A stretch of 61,985 nt of DNA, the filler included, from Chiloscyllium plagiosum (Eukaryota), in assembly GCF_004010195.1 (NCBI RefSeq). It is 3 parts of one record of this genome, joined end to end, with 100 filler letters (N's around TTAATTAATTAA, not from the genome) between each part and the next. Parts side by side here need not be neighbours in the genome. Positions count along the whole stretch, not along the records: positions 1 to 28,121 come from NC_057713.1; positions 28,222 to 49,926 come from NC_057713.1; 1 more part is not named here. The stretch is one strand, 5' to 3'. Below the pieces are notes generated by a model. That model ran no database searches and was not told the DNA's origin. It worked only from the letters and a program-made list of their open reading frames with translations. Position numbers and translations under genes: made by a program. Below, one piece after another: positions 26,831 through 39,025 of the stretch (its first letter is position 1; every line of letters starts with the position of its first letter).

Positions 26831-27609
26831 ATCCGACCTGACTCCCCTTGTTAAACTAGCACTGAAGCTATTAAAAACATTGAGGCATCTGGCCATGGCT
26901 GGTGAAGTAAAACAGTTTGTTAATTACACAGACTGCCAATTTCATTCTGTAATATGAGCAATTTAACCCTGACCTCTCAATTAACATGAACAATTCCAAT
27001 CAATGACCACGCCATATCTCAAAGATCTCAAAACATGGTTGTCAACTAAATCAGTCATCGCAGGTTTGGCATCATCCTTTGATCCGTGACCAGATGGCCT
27101 GGAATTGCCCTGACTTCAGTCCGAAAACAAAAGTAGTTTATAACTGCATCTCTTAATTAGATTAGATCCCAGCAGCAATTCATCAATATTGGATGCAGGC
27201 AATCTCTGACAACAACATGAGATGCTTATCACCAGAATGTGATAGCTCCTAACCAATTGACATTTTGAACTAACCATTGTCCTTAGCTTTATCAGTGGAC
27301 ACTTGAGAAGCATATTGGGAACAGATCACTTGGAACTGAACCAACATGCTTCACTTTGTGAAACACACTATGAAAGCCTGATTTTACTCTCTCATCTTCA
27401 AACAGATAGAAAAAGCACCCACCATATCAAAACCCATTGAACCAGAGGAGAAAAAACAGAAATTGCTGGAGAAACTCAGCAAGCTGTGGTAGTATCTATG
27501 GAGAGAGAAAGCAGAGTTAACATCTCGGTCCCTGTAACCCTTCTTCAGAAGGGAAGCAAGCACAATCCTGAGATTGAAGTTCAAGTCATTGTTTTTCATG
27601 TGTGTGCTT

Positions 27610-28121
27610 ATACATAGAACATTACAGCGCAGTACAGGCCCTTCAGCCCTCGATGTTGCGCTGCCCTGTCATTACTAATCTGAAGCCCATCCTACCTACA
27701 CTATTCCATGTACGTCCATATGCTTGTCCAATGATGACTTAAATGCACTTAAAGTTGGCTAATCTACTACCATTGCAGGCAAAGCATTCCATGCCCTTAC
27801 TACTCTCTGAGTACTACCTCTGACATCTGTCTTATACCTATCTCCCCTCACTTTAAAGTTGTGTCCTCTCGTGTTTGCCGTCCCCATACTTGGAAAAAGG
27901 CTCTCCCTGTTTACCCTATCTAACCCTCTGATTATCTTGTATGTCTCTATTAAGTCACTCTCAAACTTCTTATCTCTAATGAGAACAGCCTCAAGGCCCT
28001 CAGCCTTTCCTCGTAAGACATTCCTTCCATATCAGGCAACATCCTAGTAAATCTCCTTTGCACCCTTTCCAAAGCTTCCACATCCTTCTTATAATGCGGT
28101 GATCAGAACTGTACACTCTGG
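27610..28121 (-). mobile_element. CR1 LINE 3' end, truncated by an assembly gap
   Basis: Reverse reading YSSDHRIIRRMWKLWKGCK, with the CR1 signature in the neighbouring frame, plus 3'UTR and tail. Confidence 0.8.
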
Positions 28122-28221
28122 NNNNNNNNNNNNNNNNNNNNNNNNNNNNNNNNNNNNNNNNNNNNTTAATTAATTAANNNNNNNNNNNNNNNNNNNNNNN
28201 NNNNNNNNNNNNNNNNNNNNN
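28122..28221. other. Assembly scaffold join (44 N + TTAATTAATTAA + 44 N)
   Basis: An identical 100-nt construct occurs at 49927-50026. Confidence 0.95.
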
Positions 28222-28797
28222 AAAATCTCTACCCTGTGGATGGAGACATCTCCATACATCTACTAATCCTAATTCTTTGTTCAGTTCCATCAATTGTCTA
28301 GATCTGGGAGATACTCCTGCTGTACTCTTGGGAATCCTATCTATTTCCGGATCCTTAATACAATTAAAGTCTCCCCCTATAATTATGTGACGGGCATCAA
28401 AAGCCATCAATTTTGAAAAGGCTTCCGTTATAAATTTAAAGGGGTGTGCCGGGGGGCAGTACAAATTTAAAATCCCATATTCCTCTCCATTTATGAGGGC
28501 TTTAATCAAGATATATCGTCTAGATTCGTCTTTTATCTGCTTTAGGATTTTGAAAGGGAAATTCTTCCGAACAAGAATAACAACTCCCCTGCTTTTTGAG
28601 CTAAAAGAAGAAAAAAAGGCCTGATCAAATCCCCCCTGTCGTAATTTCAAGTGTTCTTTATCCGACTGGTGTGTCTTCTGTAGGAGAGCTATATCAACTC
28701 TTTCCTTCTTAAGATTTGATATTATTTTCTTCCTTTTAACTGGCGAATTACTCCCCTTGACATTCCAGGTGCACCACTTAACCAACTGATCAACCAT
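28222..28797 (-). CDS. L1 ORF2 APE endonuclease N-terminus (partial, ends at gap)
   Basis: TWNVKG, DIALLQKTH, SRGVVILV, NLYCP, IIGGDFN, LVDVWR..HP..R.F. Confidence 0.88.
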
Positions 28798-29503
28798 AAT
28801 CCTCTGGGCCAATCCGAGACCCATCGGGAGGGGGAACCCTATCCAGAACATCCAGAGCGTACAACATATAAAATTTACAAAAATAAAACCTCTTTAATAC
28901 ACCCACAACAATACAATAAAAAACTATTTCTAAATAAAAAAAATATAAAACGTATCTAAGTGGAGATTTTCCCCCTTGTTCCCAGGGAGTGTCACTTCCT
29001 CTCCAAACGTCCATCATATCCTCTCCCAACCAATGCCCCACCCTTGACCCAGGCACTGCTCAATAAAATGAGGAGAATTCAAATATAATACAAAGCTAGA
29101 GTTAACAATGAGCACCCTACCCCCACCCATACCAACACCTGGATATATTTGGTAATATTAATACCATATATAAACATATAACTATAAAATTACCACGTCA
29201 ACAAATAATAATTAAAGATAATAATACAAAATAACAAGGTAAAACAACCCCGCTCCTAAAGACAGAGGTAAAATTGAATAAGGTAACCACCTCCCCCCAC
29301 CAACATTAACCAACCCCCCCAGCTTTTATATATATATATACACACATGAAAACAACTCCAAGGGGGGGGGGGGGAGAAAATCAAATCCCTCTCCCCCCCC
29401 CCATGATAATATTAAACAGTAAGGTAAGAGAAAAAAAAAGTGGGGGGATATAAACCAAAGCAGGGGGGGGAAAGGCAGACCAACATCCATTATGTCTTAC
29501 AGT

Positions 29504-30277
29504 TTATCTAAGAGAGTCCAAGAATTCCTTAGCCTTTTCTGGTGATCCAAAGTTATATACGGATCCTTCATGGTTAAAGTGTAACGTCGCTGGATAGCGT
29601 AAGGAGTACTGAATATTTAAGTCCCTTAAACGCTTCTTCTCCTCGTCGAATGCCTTCCTCTTTCGAACCAGAGCCGGGGAAAAGTCCTGAAATAGCATGA
29701 TCTTGGATCCTTTGTAGATCATGGCTTGGGGGTCTTTTCCGAGATTTCTAGAGGCTTCTAGGAGTATCTTCCTCTCCTTGTAGCTCTGCCGCCGGAACAG
29801 GACCGGGCGTGGGCGCTGGTTCGAGCCGGGCCCGCGTATTGCGACCCGGTAGGCCCATTCTACCCTTACCCGGCCTGATCCAACTTGCAGATTTAAAAGC
29901 TGTGGCAGCCACTGCTCCAGGAATGCTGTAAGCTGGCCTTCCTCTTCCCGTTCGGGAAGGCCCAGCAAACGAATATTTTTTCGATGACCTCGATTATCGA
30001 GGTCGTCAATATGATTTTCCAAGGTCCGGACTCGGCGTTCAATTTCTTGAATCTCTCGGTCGTGCTTCTTCAGCGCGGCCGAGAGAGAGTCCCAACGATT
30101 TCTGGGTTCTGCAATAAAGGCATCGATCTTCGAGTCAAGCTTGGAAATCATTTCTGCAAGGCTTGTTACTGTTGGTAAGTCCCCCGGGGCGGCTGTGGAC
30201 GCCTCTGCTGCAGCAGGAGAGGGTGGGGGAGGGGTTCCTGCTTGCTGAGAGCTGTGGGCTCCCTTCCCTTTCGTCAT
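29504..30277 (-). CDS. L1 ORF1p (coiled coil, RRM and C-terminal domain), 257 aa
   Basis: LDNRGHRKNIRLLGLPE, RPRPVLFR, FQDFS, YSLRYPATLHF and F.SPEKAKEFL are vertebrate L1 ORF1 motifs. Confidence 0.88.
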   Translation of the reverse strand: MTKGKGAHSSQQAGTPPPPSPAAAEASTAAPGDLPTVTSLAEMISKLDSKIDAFIAEPRNRWDSLSAALKKHDREIQEIERRVRTLENHIDDLDNRGHRKNIRLLGLPEREEEGQLTAFLEQWLPQLLNLQVGSGRVRVEWAYRVAIRGPGSNQRPRPVLFRRQSYKERKILLEASRNLGKDPQAMIYKGSKIMLFQDFSPALVRKRKAFDEEKKRLRDLNIQYSLRYPATLHFNHEGSVYNFGSPEKAKEFLDSLR

Positions 30278-31334
30278 TTTAACTTAGGATTAAATTGTTT
30301 AAATGTAATATTGCACAACCAATTAAATTACACAACTATTATAAATGATTTGGTGAGCGTGGTAGGGGGTGGGTGACCCACTGTACCCAAGTCTTGGGAG
30401 GAGCACTATAGACTCAGTCTTGCTGGGTCGCCGCCATCTTGGATCCCCCATCTTGGAACTTTAACAGTAATGTAAAACATAAGAACTGTGCAGCACAGAT
30501 ACAGGCCCTTCAGCCCATGATATTGTGCTAAATGTGATGCCAAATGAAACTAATTCCTTCTGCCTGTCCACGGTACATATCCCCCTATCTAAAAGTCCCT
30601 GAAACCACTCCACCCAACCCCCCCATCATTATCTGCCTCCACCTCTGGCAGCACCTTCCCATCTCCGACCACCCTGTTTAAAAGAACTTGCCCCTCACGT
30701 TCCCTCTCTTAGCTTAAATGCATGCCCTCTAGTATGAGACATAATGTTAGTCATTTTAATGTGCTTCTACTATTGCATTTTTAAGTGCAGTTATTTACTT
30801 GAAAATTCTCCCATTTTTCTTCAAATCTGCCAGTGGCACCCTCTGATCCAAAGACAAATAAACTACAAGGGCAAACCAGCGAGGAATGTAAAAACTGACA
30901 ATGTGTTCCTTTAAACATATAAAAAAGGAGAGGTCCAAATGAACATTGGCCCCTCAGAACATGAATCTGGGGAGACAGTTTTAATAACAAGAAAATGGCA
31001 GATGAGCTAACAGATGTGTTGTATCAATCCTTAAGGTGGAAAATATTCCGAACATCCAATTAGTGTTAATGAATATAAGGGAGGAATTAGGTGCCATCGC
31101 CATCACTAAAGAATGTTGTCTGGATTAGAGCAGTTTCAGTGGACGCTTTCAGTACAAAGCAGCCACTTGATTGCCATCCTACTCAAACCTTCAATATTGA
31201 TTCCAAACACCACTGATACTATTGCAATAGTGTGTACTTTCTACAAGATGCACTGCAACAATTCACCAAGCCTCCTCTGAAGACACTTTGCAAAACACCA
31301 GTCGTTTTACACCTAGAAAGACAGAAATAGTAAT

Positions 31335-31940
31335 GAAGAAAGTGATGGTATGCTTGTCCTTATTGGTCAGAGCATTGAGTGTAGGAGTTGGGATGTTATG
31401 TTGCGACTATACAGGACATTGGTGAGGCCCCTTTTGGAATATTGTGTTCAATTCTGGTCTCCTTGTAATAGGAAAGATGTTATGAAACTTGAATGGGTTG
31501 AGATAAGATTTGCAAGAACATTGTCTGGGTTGGAGGAATTGAGCAATAGGGAGAAGCTTATAAACCTTGTAGAGGTTTATAAAATCATGAGGGGCATAGC
31601 GAGGGTGAATAATCAAGGTTTTATCCTCCGGATAGAGGAGTCCAAAGCTAAGGGACGTAAGTTTAAGATGAGAAGGGAAAGATTGAAAGGTACCCAAGAG
31701 CCAACTTTTTCACACAGAGGGTGATGTGTGTGTGGAATGAGCTACCAGAGGAAGTGGTGATAATTGGTACAATAACAACATTAAGGCGGCATCTGGATGA
31801 GTACGTAAATAGGAAGGGCTTGGAGGGATGTGGGCCGAATGGTGTCAAATGGTCCTAGATGAATTTAGGATATCTGGTCAGCATAGACGAGTTGGACCGA
31901 AGAGTTTGTTTCTGCTTCTATGCTGGTAACTCTGACTCCA
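31335..31940 (+). mobile_element. CR1 LINE 3' fragment
   Basis: LVRPLLEYCVQFWSP...VYKIMRG. Confidence 0.88.
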
Positions 31941-32204
31941 GATAGTATTAGAGAAACTAATGGAGTTAACAGTATTATGATTCCTGGCCCTGATTGGTTT
32001 ACATCGCATTGCCAGTGGAGGTGATGGAAGCAGGCATGTTAGCAATGTTTAAGGCATATCTTGATAAACACATGAACAGGAGGTAAACAGAGGGATAGAA
32101 ACCTCATTTGGGGAAAAAAGTAGTGGGTCTAAATAAGGATTAGGAACCGACACAGGCTTGGTGGGCCAAATGGTTGTCTATGCTGTACTCTTCTTTGTTC
32201 TACA

Positions 32205-33820
32205 TAGTAAAAGAGGTAGCTGCAGAAATAGTGGATGCATCGATTGTGTTTTTCCAAAAATCATTGGTTCTGGAGAATTACAAGAGGATTGGAAAGCTGC
32301 TAATGTGACATCCCTATTCAAAAAGGGAGGGAGGCAAAAAGCAGGTAACGATAGGTTAATTAGCCTAACAACTATTGTTGGAGAGGTATTGGAATCTACT
32401 ATTAAGAAAATCATAATCTCATCAAGCAGTGTCAGCATGGTTTCGTTGAAGGGAAATCGTGTCTGAATAATTTATTAGAGTTCTTCGAGGAAGTGTGAAC
32501 CAGAGTGGATAGAGGGGAACAGTAAACGTTATAATTGGGCTTCCACAAGGCGTTTACCACAATCCCTCACAAAAGGTTAAGTCATAAGATAACACCTTAT
32601 AGTGTTGGACATAGTAAATTGGCATACATAGAGAATTGGCTCATGGGCAGGAAACAGTGAATGGGGATGAGGAGTTATTTTACAGATTGGTGACCCACAA
32701 GCAGTAAGGTTCCACTAGGATCAGTGCTGGGACTACACATGTTCACAATATATATTACTGACTTGAGAAAAGAAAGCAAATGTACTATAACCAAATTTGT
32801 AGATTTCACAAAAGTAAGCGGAAAGAGATGGTTGTGAGAGGGGTGCAAACAGTTCAGTGAGACTTTGACAAAGGGTCAGTTAGACTCGAAACGTCAGCTC
32901 TTTTCTCTCCTTACAGATGCTGCCAGACCTGCTGAGATTTTCCAGCATTTTCTCTTTTGGTTTCAGATTCCAGCATCTGCAGTAATTTGCTTTTATCCAG
33001 TTTAAGTGGGGAAAAAAAGTTGGGAAATGGAATATAATGTGAGAAAATGTGAAGTTCCTTATTTTGGAAAAGAGAACAAAAGAGCAGAATATTATTTAAA
33101 TTGAGAGAAACTGCGGAAAGCTGCAACACAAAAGGACTTCGAGGAGGTAGGACTAGTGCACGAAACAAAGTTAGCTCAGCTGCAGCAGGTAATCAGGAAG
33201 CCTAGAGTAATGTTGGCCCTTAGTTCAAGGGTGTTGGAGTAAAAGAGTAGGGAAATCTTTCTTCAACTGTGAAAGGTGCTGGAGATGTCACGTCTGGAAT
33301 GCTATGAGCAGTTTTGATCCCCTTATTCAAGGAAAGATGTAATTTTACTGGAGTCAGTTCAGAGAAGATTCACGAGGATGATTCCCAATATGGAGGGATT
33401 GTTTATCAACAAAGCGTAAACAAGTTGGGTCTCTACTTAAGTTTAGAAGAATAGGCTGATCTCTTTGGAGCATAGATGATTCTAAGAGGCTTAACAGAAT
33501 AAATGCAGAGAGAATATTTCCCCTCATGGGAGAGTCTAGGACCAGAGGGCATAACCTGAGGGTTAAGGAGCCTAATTAAAGATTGAGATGAAGAGGAATT
33601 ATTCCCCTACAGGGTTGGAGCTCTTTGCCACAGAGAGCTGTAGGGACAGAGTCTTTGTAAATATTTAAGGCTGAGGTAGATTGTTAATCAGTATGGGAAC
33701 CAAGGATTGTGAGGAAAAGGGACACAAGGAATGTTAGATCAGCCATGATCCTGTTGCATGGTAGAGTAGATTCGAAGAGCCAAATAGGCTACTCCTATTC
33801 CTATTTCTTACAGTGTTATG
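32205..33820 (+). mobile_element. Older CR1 LINE RT-to-3' fragment, interrupted at ~32860-32998 by a Penelope terminal-repeat insert
   Basis: DWKAANVTSLFKKGGRQKAGN.R.ISLT, followed by decayed RT motifs. Confidence 0.85.
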
Positions 33821-35359
33821 GTCTTGCAAACCACCAAAACATCCCATTTACACTTTGTTTTGGCATCAACATGCTGTCACCTCACCTTGAAGCTCATCTG
33901 TTTTAGAACTCCATGTTTGAATCTCTTCCGTGATATTACTACCCCAGCACAATGTTCAAATGAATTTCATAAAGGTCACAAATCCATTCGTTCTGACTGT
34001 AATAATCATAAATGATCACTCAATGTCCTCTTTGAGCTTCTTACAATATTTGGCATAATTGATGGTATGATCCCTTTTTTACGTTTCTCCATACAAGATT
34101 GCAATCATTTGGTTCCTTTCTCACCTACCCATACACACGGAGTGAATCAGTCTTTCTCCAGCTAATACCCATCATACCTCCTGAATGTATCAATTCTGTC
34201 ACCAGGTCTACCTCACCATCACATTACTCAACCCATTTACTCTGGCTAGATTGTCAGATTCTATCCGATCTCTAGTACTGAATGAAAAGAAACTTGCTCC
34301 AACTGTGTTTAAGGTGAAAGCCATCGCCTCAGTCTGTCACAAGTGCCATTCCCATAGCACTGGTTTCTTCCCTGTCTTTGGCAGGGCTCAGCTGAACTAG
34401 ATTGTTTGTAACACAGGTATCACATTTGATCTTGAGATGAGATCTGACCCATGTATCTGGGCAATCATTGAGACTCCCTATATCCACTCTAAAACATGAC
34501 CTGTTTCCACCCTGACCTGTGCTCACCTTTGGACTTAACTGTTCCCTCATGGTTCTGGCTGGCCTTGCCTTTTCTACACTGCAAACTTTAGATCAGCCAA
34601 AAAATCTATTGCAATGTCATTCAAACAAATAGTTCCCCATAGGAATTAATTTGCCACTCAACTATGTACCCTTTGTCATTCACCTCATTTTTATCATTCT
34701 GTACACTTTCCATACTCTCCTTGATTCCCTGCAAGGGCTGGTTACAATAAGACAGGGCCCCAATATATACATATTTTTGCCCTCCCCTGCACTTCTTTGT
34801 TTCCTGGGATAAAAGGCATCAAAATGCTTTTTTTTTTTAAATGCAGACACATTAGAAAAGGAAAGAAGTTGCCTTTGTAACTTTCTTCCTCTGAAGTTTA
34901 TTAGAAATTCATATATCACCAATGACATGCAATTAGTCCTCACCAATCTTTAGCTCATACAGCTAGAAATAATTAGTTTGTTTCAAAATACACCTTTGTA
35001 AGAAAAAGTATTCGGTAAGGTTAAATGAAGACAAATTGTCACTGATTTATTATTTTTTTCTCTCTCCCTTTCTGCTGGGCTTTCTCCTCCGCACTCCAGC
35101 TAATACACTTTCTAAAGTTAACAGAAAAAATCTTCAACAGGTACATAATCACTGGGCACTGTTGTTACACTCACATTCATATAGTCTTTCCGTCTCATAA
35201 AGTAACAGAAGTTTTATCTGACTGAAGTTCAGTTTTTTTTTCATCCAGCCTTTCTCCAGTAGCTGAAAAACATTTGATTGAGAAGTTGGAAAAATTATCT
35301 CATTGACAGCTCTGGTTGAGGCTGGGAAAATTGCACAGGGTCAAGCTGCAAAATGCTCA

Positions 35360-35531
35360 TCTTCCGCCTTGGAACACTTCAACACCAGGGCATCAATGTG
35401 GATACTTTCTCCCCAACCCCACCCGAAACGTCGATTTTCCTGCTCCTCGGATGCTGCCTGAATTGCTGTGCTTTTCCAGCACCACTCTAATCCAGAATCT
35501 GGTTTCCAACATCTGCAGTCATTGTTTTTAC
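35360..35531 (+). mobile_element. Short deleted Penelope insertion with an 11-bp target-site duplication
   Basis: LIFRLGTLQHQGINVD remnant plus terminal repeat. CAAAATGCTCA at 35349-35359 and 35532-35542. Confidence 0.85.
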
Positions 35532-36038
35532 CAAAATGCTCAGGTTCACAGGTGTAGGCAGAAATGTCAAGTCCAAGCACAGTAAAAGTTATAATTAAGG
35601 CCGTCTATTACAAATCACTGTTATAATAAACAATAAAATTGACGAAAATGTGTTTATGCTTTTACTTTGAACACAACTGCAGGTTCGATTGTGAGATATA
35701 CTTCGTGAAATATGATAATAGATAATGTGCATTGAGATTATCTCTCAAACAATCTAAATTATTGGCATTCTTCCTCAAGGGTGCAAGACTAAACCATTCA
35801 GGTTTTAACAAAACTATTGCCAGTTGTTTCGGAGAAGATATTTTGTTCCTGGTAAAGTTGCTGAAGATCAGCTTGTGTGAAAAAAGAATTATATAAAACC
35901 TGAGTAGTAATTGTGCCATGAAGTGTAAATTTCAAACTCATATGTAATAAATTGAAGCTTAGAATAATATTGCTTTTTTTGATTATTTAATATAAATCCA
36001 ATGATACAGATTTTTCTATTGTCTGTTTCCTTTCCTAG

Positions 36039-36195
36039 GATGCCATTTCTCAAAAGTCAGTTGACATTCTGAGTAAAGGTGATGACCAACAGTCTGTCAC
36101 CAGTGCAGAGAGGAACCCTTCAGACTGGCGTCAGAGCCAGTTTAGTCTGGTATCCAATACCAGTGATGATGCTACTAAAGCTAAGACACCAACAA
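36039..36195 (+). CDS. ARFGEF1: ARFGEF1 (BIG1) internal coding exon, DAISQKSVDILSKGDD...KAKTPT
   Basis: Acceptor tttcctag|GAT and donor ACAA|gtaagt. 157 nt, phase 0 to 1, joins the next exon in frame. Starts like the human BIG1 linker DTISQKSVDI (recalled). Confidence 0.9.
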
Positions 36196-37024
36196 GTAAG
36201 TTTTTGACAACTAAAGTAAAAATATCACACTTTTCCAAATATTTCACAACATATTTCTTGTAGGATATTGAAATCAAAAAGCATCCAAACCTCTGTCGGC
36301 CTTTAGCAACATTTGCAGTAAGGATATAAAAGTAACTTTTCCTGGGCTAGTTTTCTGTTCATTTAACTTCACTTCCACCTTCTCCAAATTAGGAATCTAT
36401 TTTACCAAAAGGAAATTCTTGAAAATATAATGGTCTAAAATGAGTTTGTTTATGTAATTCGAGTTTTTAATCTGTAAAAGATACATGCTCTTAGGAATGT
36501 GAGAAGTTCAGTTTCTGTTTTGTGCTAAGTTAGTGAATCTAGATTGACTTAATGTTTAGGCACAATGCATGTGACCTCATCAGTCCCATGCTGAATAACT
36601 ACGATTTGACTATCCATGGATCTGTATTTGTATAGAATGTGTAGGAATTTGGCAAGGGCAAGATCAAACTTGTCTTATGTTACCATCCAGCTCTGAGTAA
36701 TAGACTCAAGGATTGACAAAAAAAAATTAAGAGTTGAGAAAAAAAAAGGTTACAGTGACAAAATCTGAAAATCCCTTAAGTTAATAAAATGCAACAACAA
36801 TATTTTCATCAGTCACTATGTTTTTTGTACTTGCCCGTGTGCAGCTGTAATTATTTGAAACAAAGAATCAAATACTTATAGAATTCATGTCTTAAGCCTT
36901 ATGTTACTTTTATTTATTTCGATAAATTTTATGATTCACTGTTAAATTATTTATATTATTAGTATTTCTGAGTAGTTTATTGATTGTATTTTGAATTGCA
37001 CAAGTTCGAAAATAAAGACGATGA

Positions 37025-37336
<312 letters not shown>

Positions 37337-37463
37337 TAGTTTTAAAGCAACAGTGCAAGATAATATTTGACATTTTTGAAATAACAAAGTATTCACTTGT
37401 ATTTCCGATTCTGTAGCAACGTTGTTAGTTTCGAAAAATATATACCTAAGACATATGGCACTG

Positions 37464-37832
37464 AGGTAAACACAATGACTGCAGATGCTGGAAACCAGAT
37501 TCTGGATTAGTGGTGCTGGAAGAGCACAGCAGTTCAGGCAGCATCCAAGGAGCTTCGAAATCGACGTTTCGGGCAAAAGCCCTTCATCAGGAATAAAGGC
37601 AGTGAGCCTGAAGCGTGGAGAGATAAGCTAGAGGAGGGTGGGGAGAAAGTAGCATAGAGTACAATAGGTGAGTGGGGGAGAGGATGAAGATGATAGGTCA
37701 GGGAGGAGAGGGTGGAGTGGATAGGTGGAAAAGGAGATAGGCAGGTAGGACAAGTCCAGACAAGTCATGGGAACAGTGCTGGGCTGGAAGTTTGGAACTA
37801 GGGTGAGGTGGGGGGAAGGGGAAAGGAGGAAA
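37464..37832 (-). mobile_element. Penelope terminal repeat (pLTR)
   Basis: C-rich tract, hammerhead motif and GCATCTGCAGTC end, all on the - strand. Confidence 0.85.
37563..37590 (-). ncRNA. Minimal hammerhead ribozyme core (Penelope-associated)
   Basis: - strand reads CTGATGA-A-GGGC-TTTT-GCCC-GAAAC-GTC. Confidence 0.75.
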
Positions 37833-39025
37833 CAGAGACTGGCCATTCAGTCCACTTGTTGATTGATCTATGGATTAGTGACTGGTTATCAATGGCAGAT
37901 ACCTGTTTCATCTGTCAACAACTGTGTGATTGGTTCGTGGATAATTGAACAGCTGGGGCTAGGAAAAAGTTATATAGAGAGACAGAGAGAAAAAAGTTGT
38001 CCAATTCTTCCCCAGCTTGGGTGTGGTCTCTCTTCTCTCTCTCTGTCTCTCTCTCTCTGTGTTCTGAAGAGTTCAGTTCATCTTGTTAGCTGTGAATTTT
38101 AACTAACAACTCAGAGAATTTTTGAGTGAACCAGGTACATAGTGTGTCTCACCAACCAGTGGAAGCATCCAGAGAAAGGTGACTTGAGCAGCTTGCTGGC
38201 CAGCAGAAGAGTTATAAGGATCATCTCAACAACAGGACCTGTGAAGCAAAGACTTTCTTTGTCTCTCCAGTTTTCCCCTGTCTGTTATCTCTGTGTGTCT
38301 GTGTAAAGGAGAGTTTATAAAGGGATTAGAATTACAATTAATAATATTAAATGACAGTGGTTTATGACTGCTTACATGTAGCTAGTCTAATTACAAGGAC
38401 TGATTCTTGTTCAGTGCAGAAATCTGGTCCGTTCTTGTTTTTAATCAATCTAGTCTAAAAGCAGGTAAATTGGGGAACTTGTGCACTTTATAAAAACTTT
38501 TAAGCTTTGTGATGGCTTTGGGAATAATGGAGCTCAAATTCCAGCATGCTACCCCATTAACATGTGACTGTGCAAAGGCAGGCATTTCATTAGCCATTGT
38601 GATTATTTTCTGAACTATTTTATAGCATTTAAATGAATAGTTATCCCTTAATGCATCTTGCTAACAAAAATCTGTTAATCTGTTTAAGATTCATAATTGA
38701 TTTAGTATTAATAGCTATTTGCAGAAATGCCTTCCAACCTCTGTCCCTGATTGAAGAAGTGTTGCTAATTTTACCCCTGAGAGTTTTGGCTTTATGATTT
38801 TGCCTTGTGATCTCAGTCCTGAACTTCCCAAACAGCAATAGCAGTTTATCATAATTCTACCCATCTTGCCTCAATATCTTGAACATCTCAATTCAATCGA
38901 CCTTAACCTTGTACATTCCAGGGAATGGAATCCCACATTTTGTAATTTCTCTGTGATTTAACCCCATTAGTCCAGATGTCATTCTATGTCATAGGTAAAC
39001 CTATGCTGCATCTCTCCAAGGCCGG

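Larger units (their letters stand above)
28222..30449 (-). mobile_element. L1-clade LINE, 5' portion (5'UTR, ORF1, ~700-bp inter-ORF spacer, ORF2 endonuclease), running into a gap
   Basis: See the ORF1 and ORF2 features. The 5' end reads GGGGGATCCAAGATGGCGGC. Confidence 0.9.

Noticed and set aside
26830..27380. Peptide LVKLALKLLKTL echoed by LVKLVALKFLKSL at ~40215-40260 (-)
   Set aside because: Probably two old copies of an unidentified repeat. Too short and decayed to classify.
28166..28177. TTAATTAATTAA palindrome between N runs (also 49971-49982)
   Set aside because: The identical 44N-12-44N construct occurs twice and has stops in all frames. It is an assembly linker, not biology.
34963..35014. 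Possible additional exon ending TTCG|gtaagg
   Set aside because: Weak acceptor, in-frame TAA in the phase-0 frame, and no similarity to BIG1.
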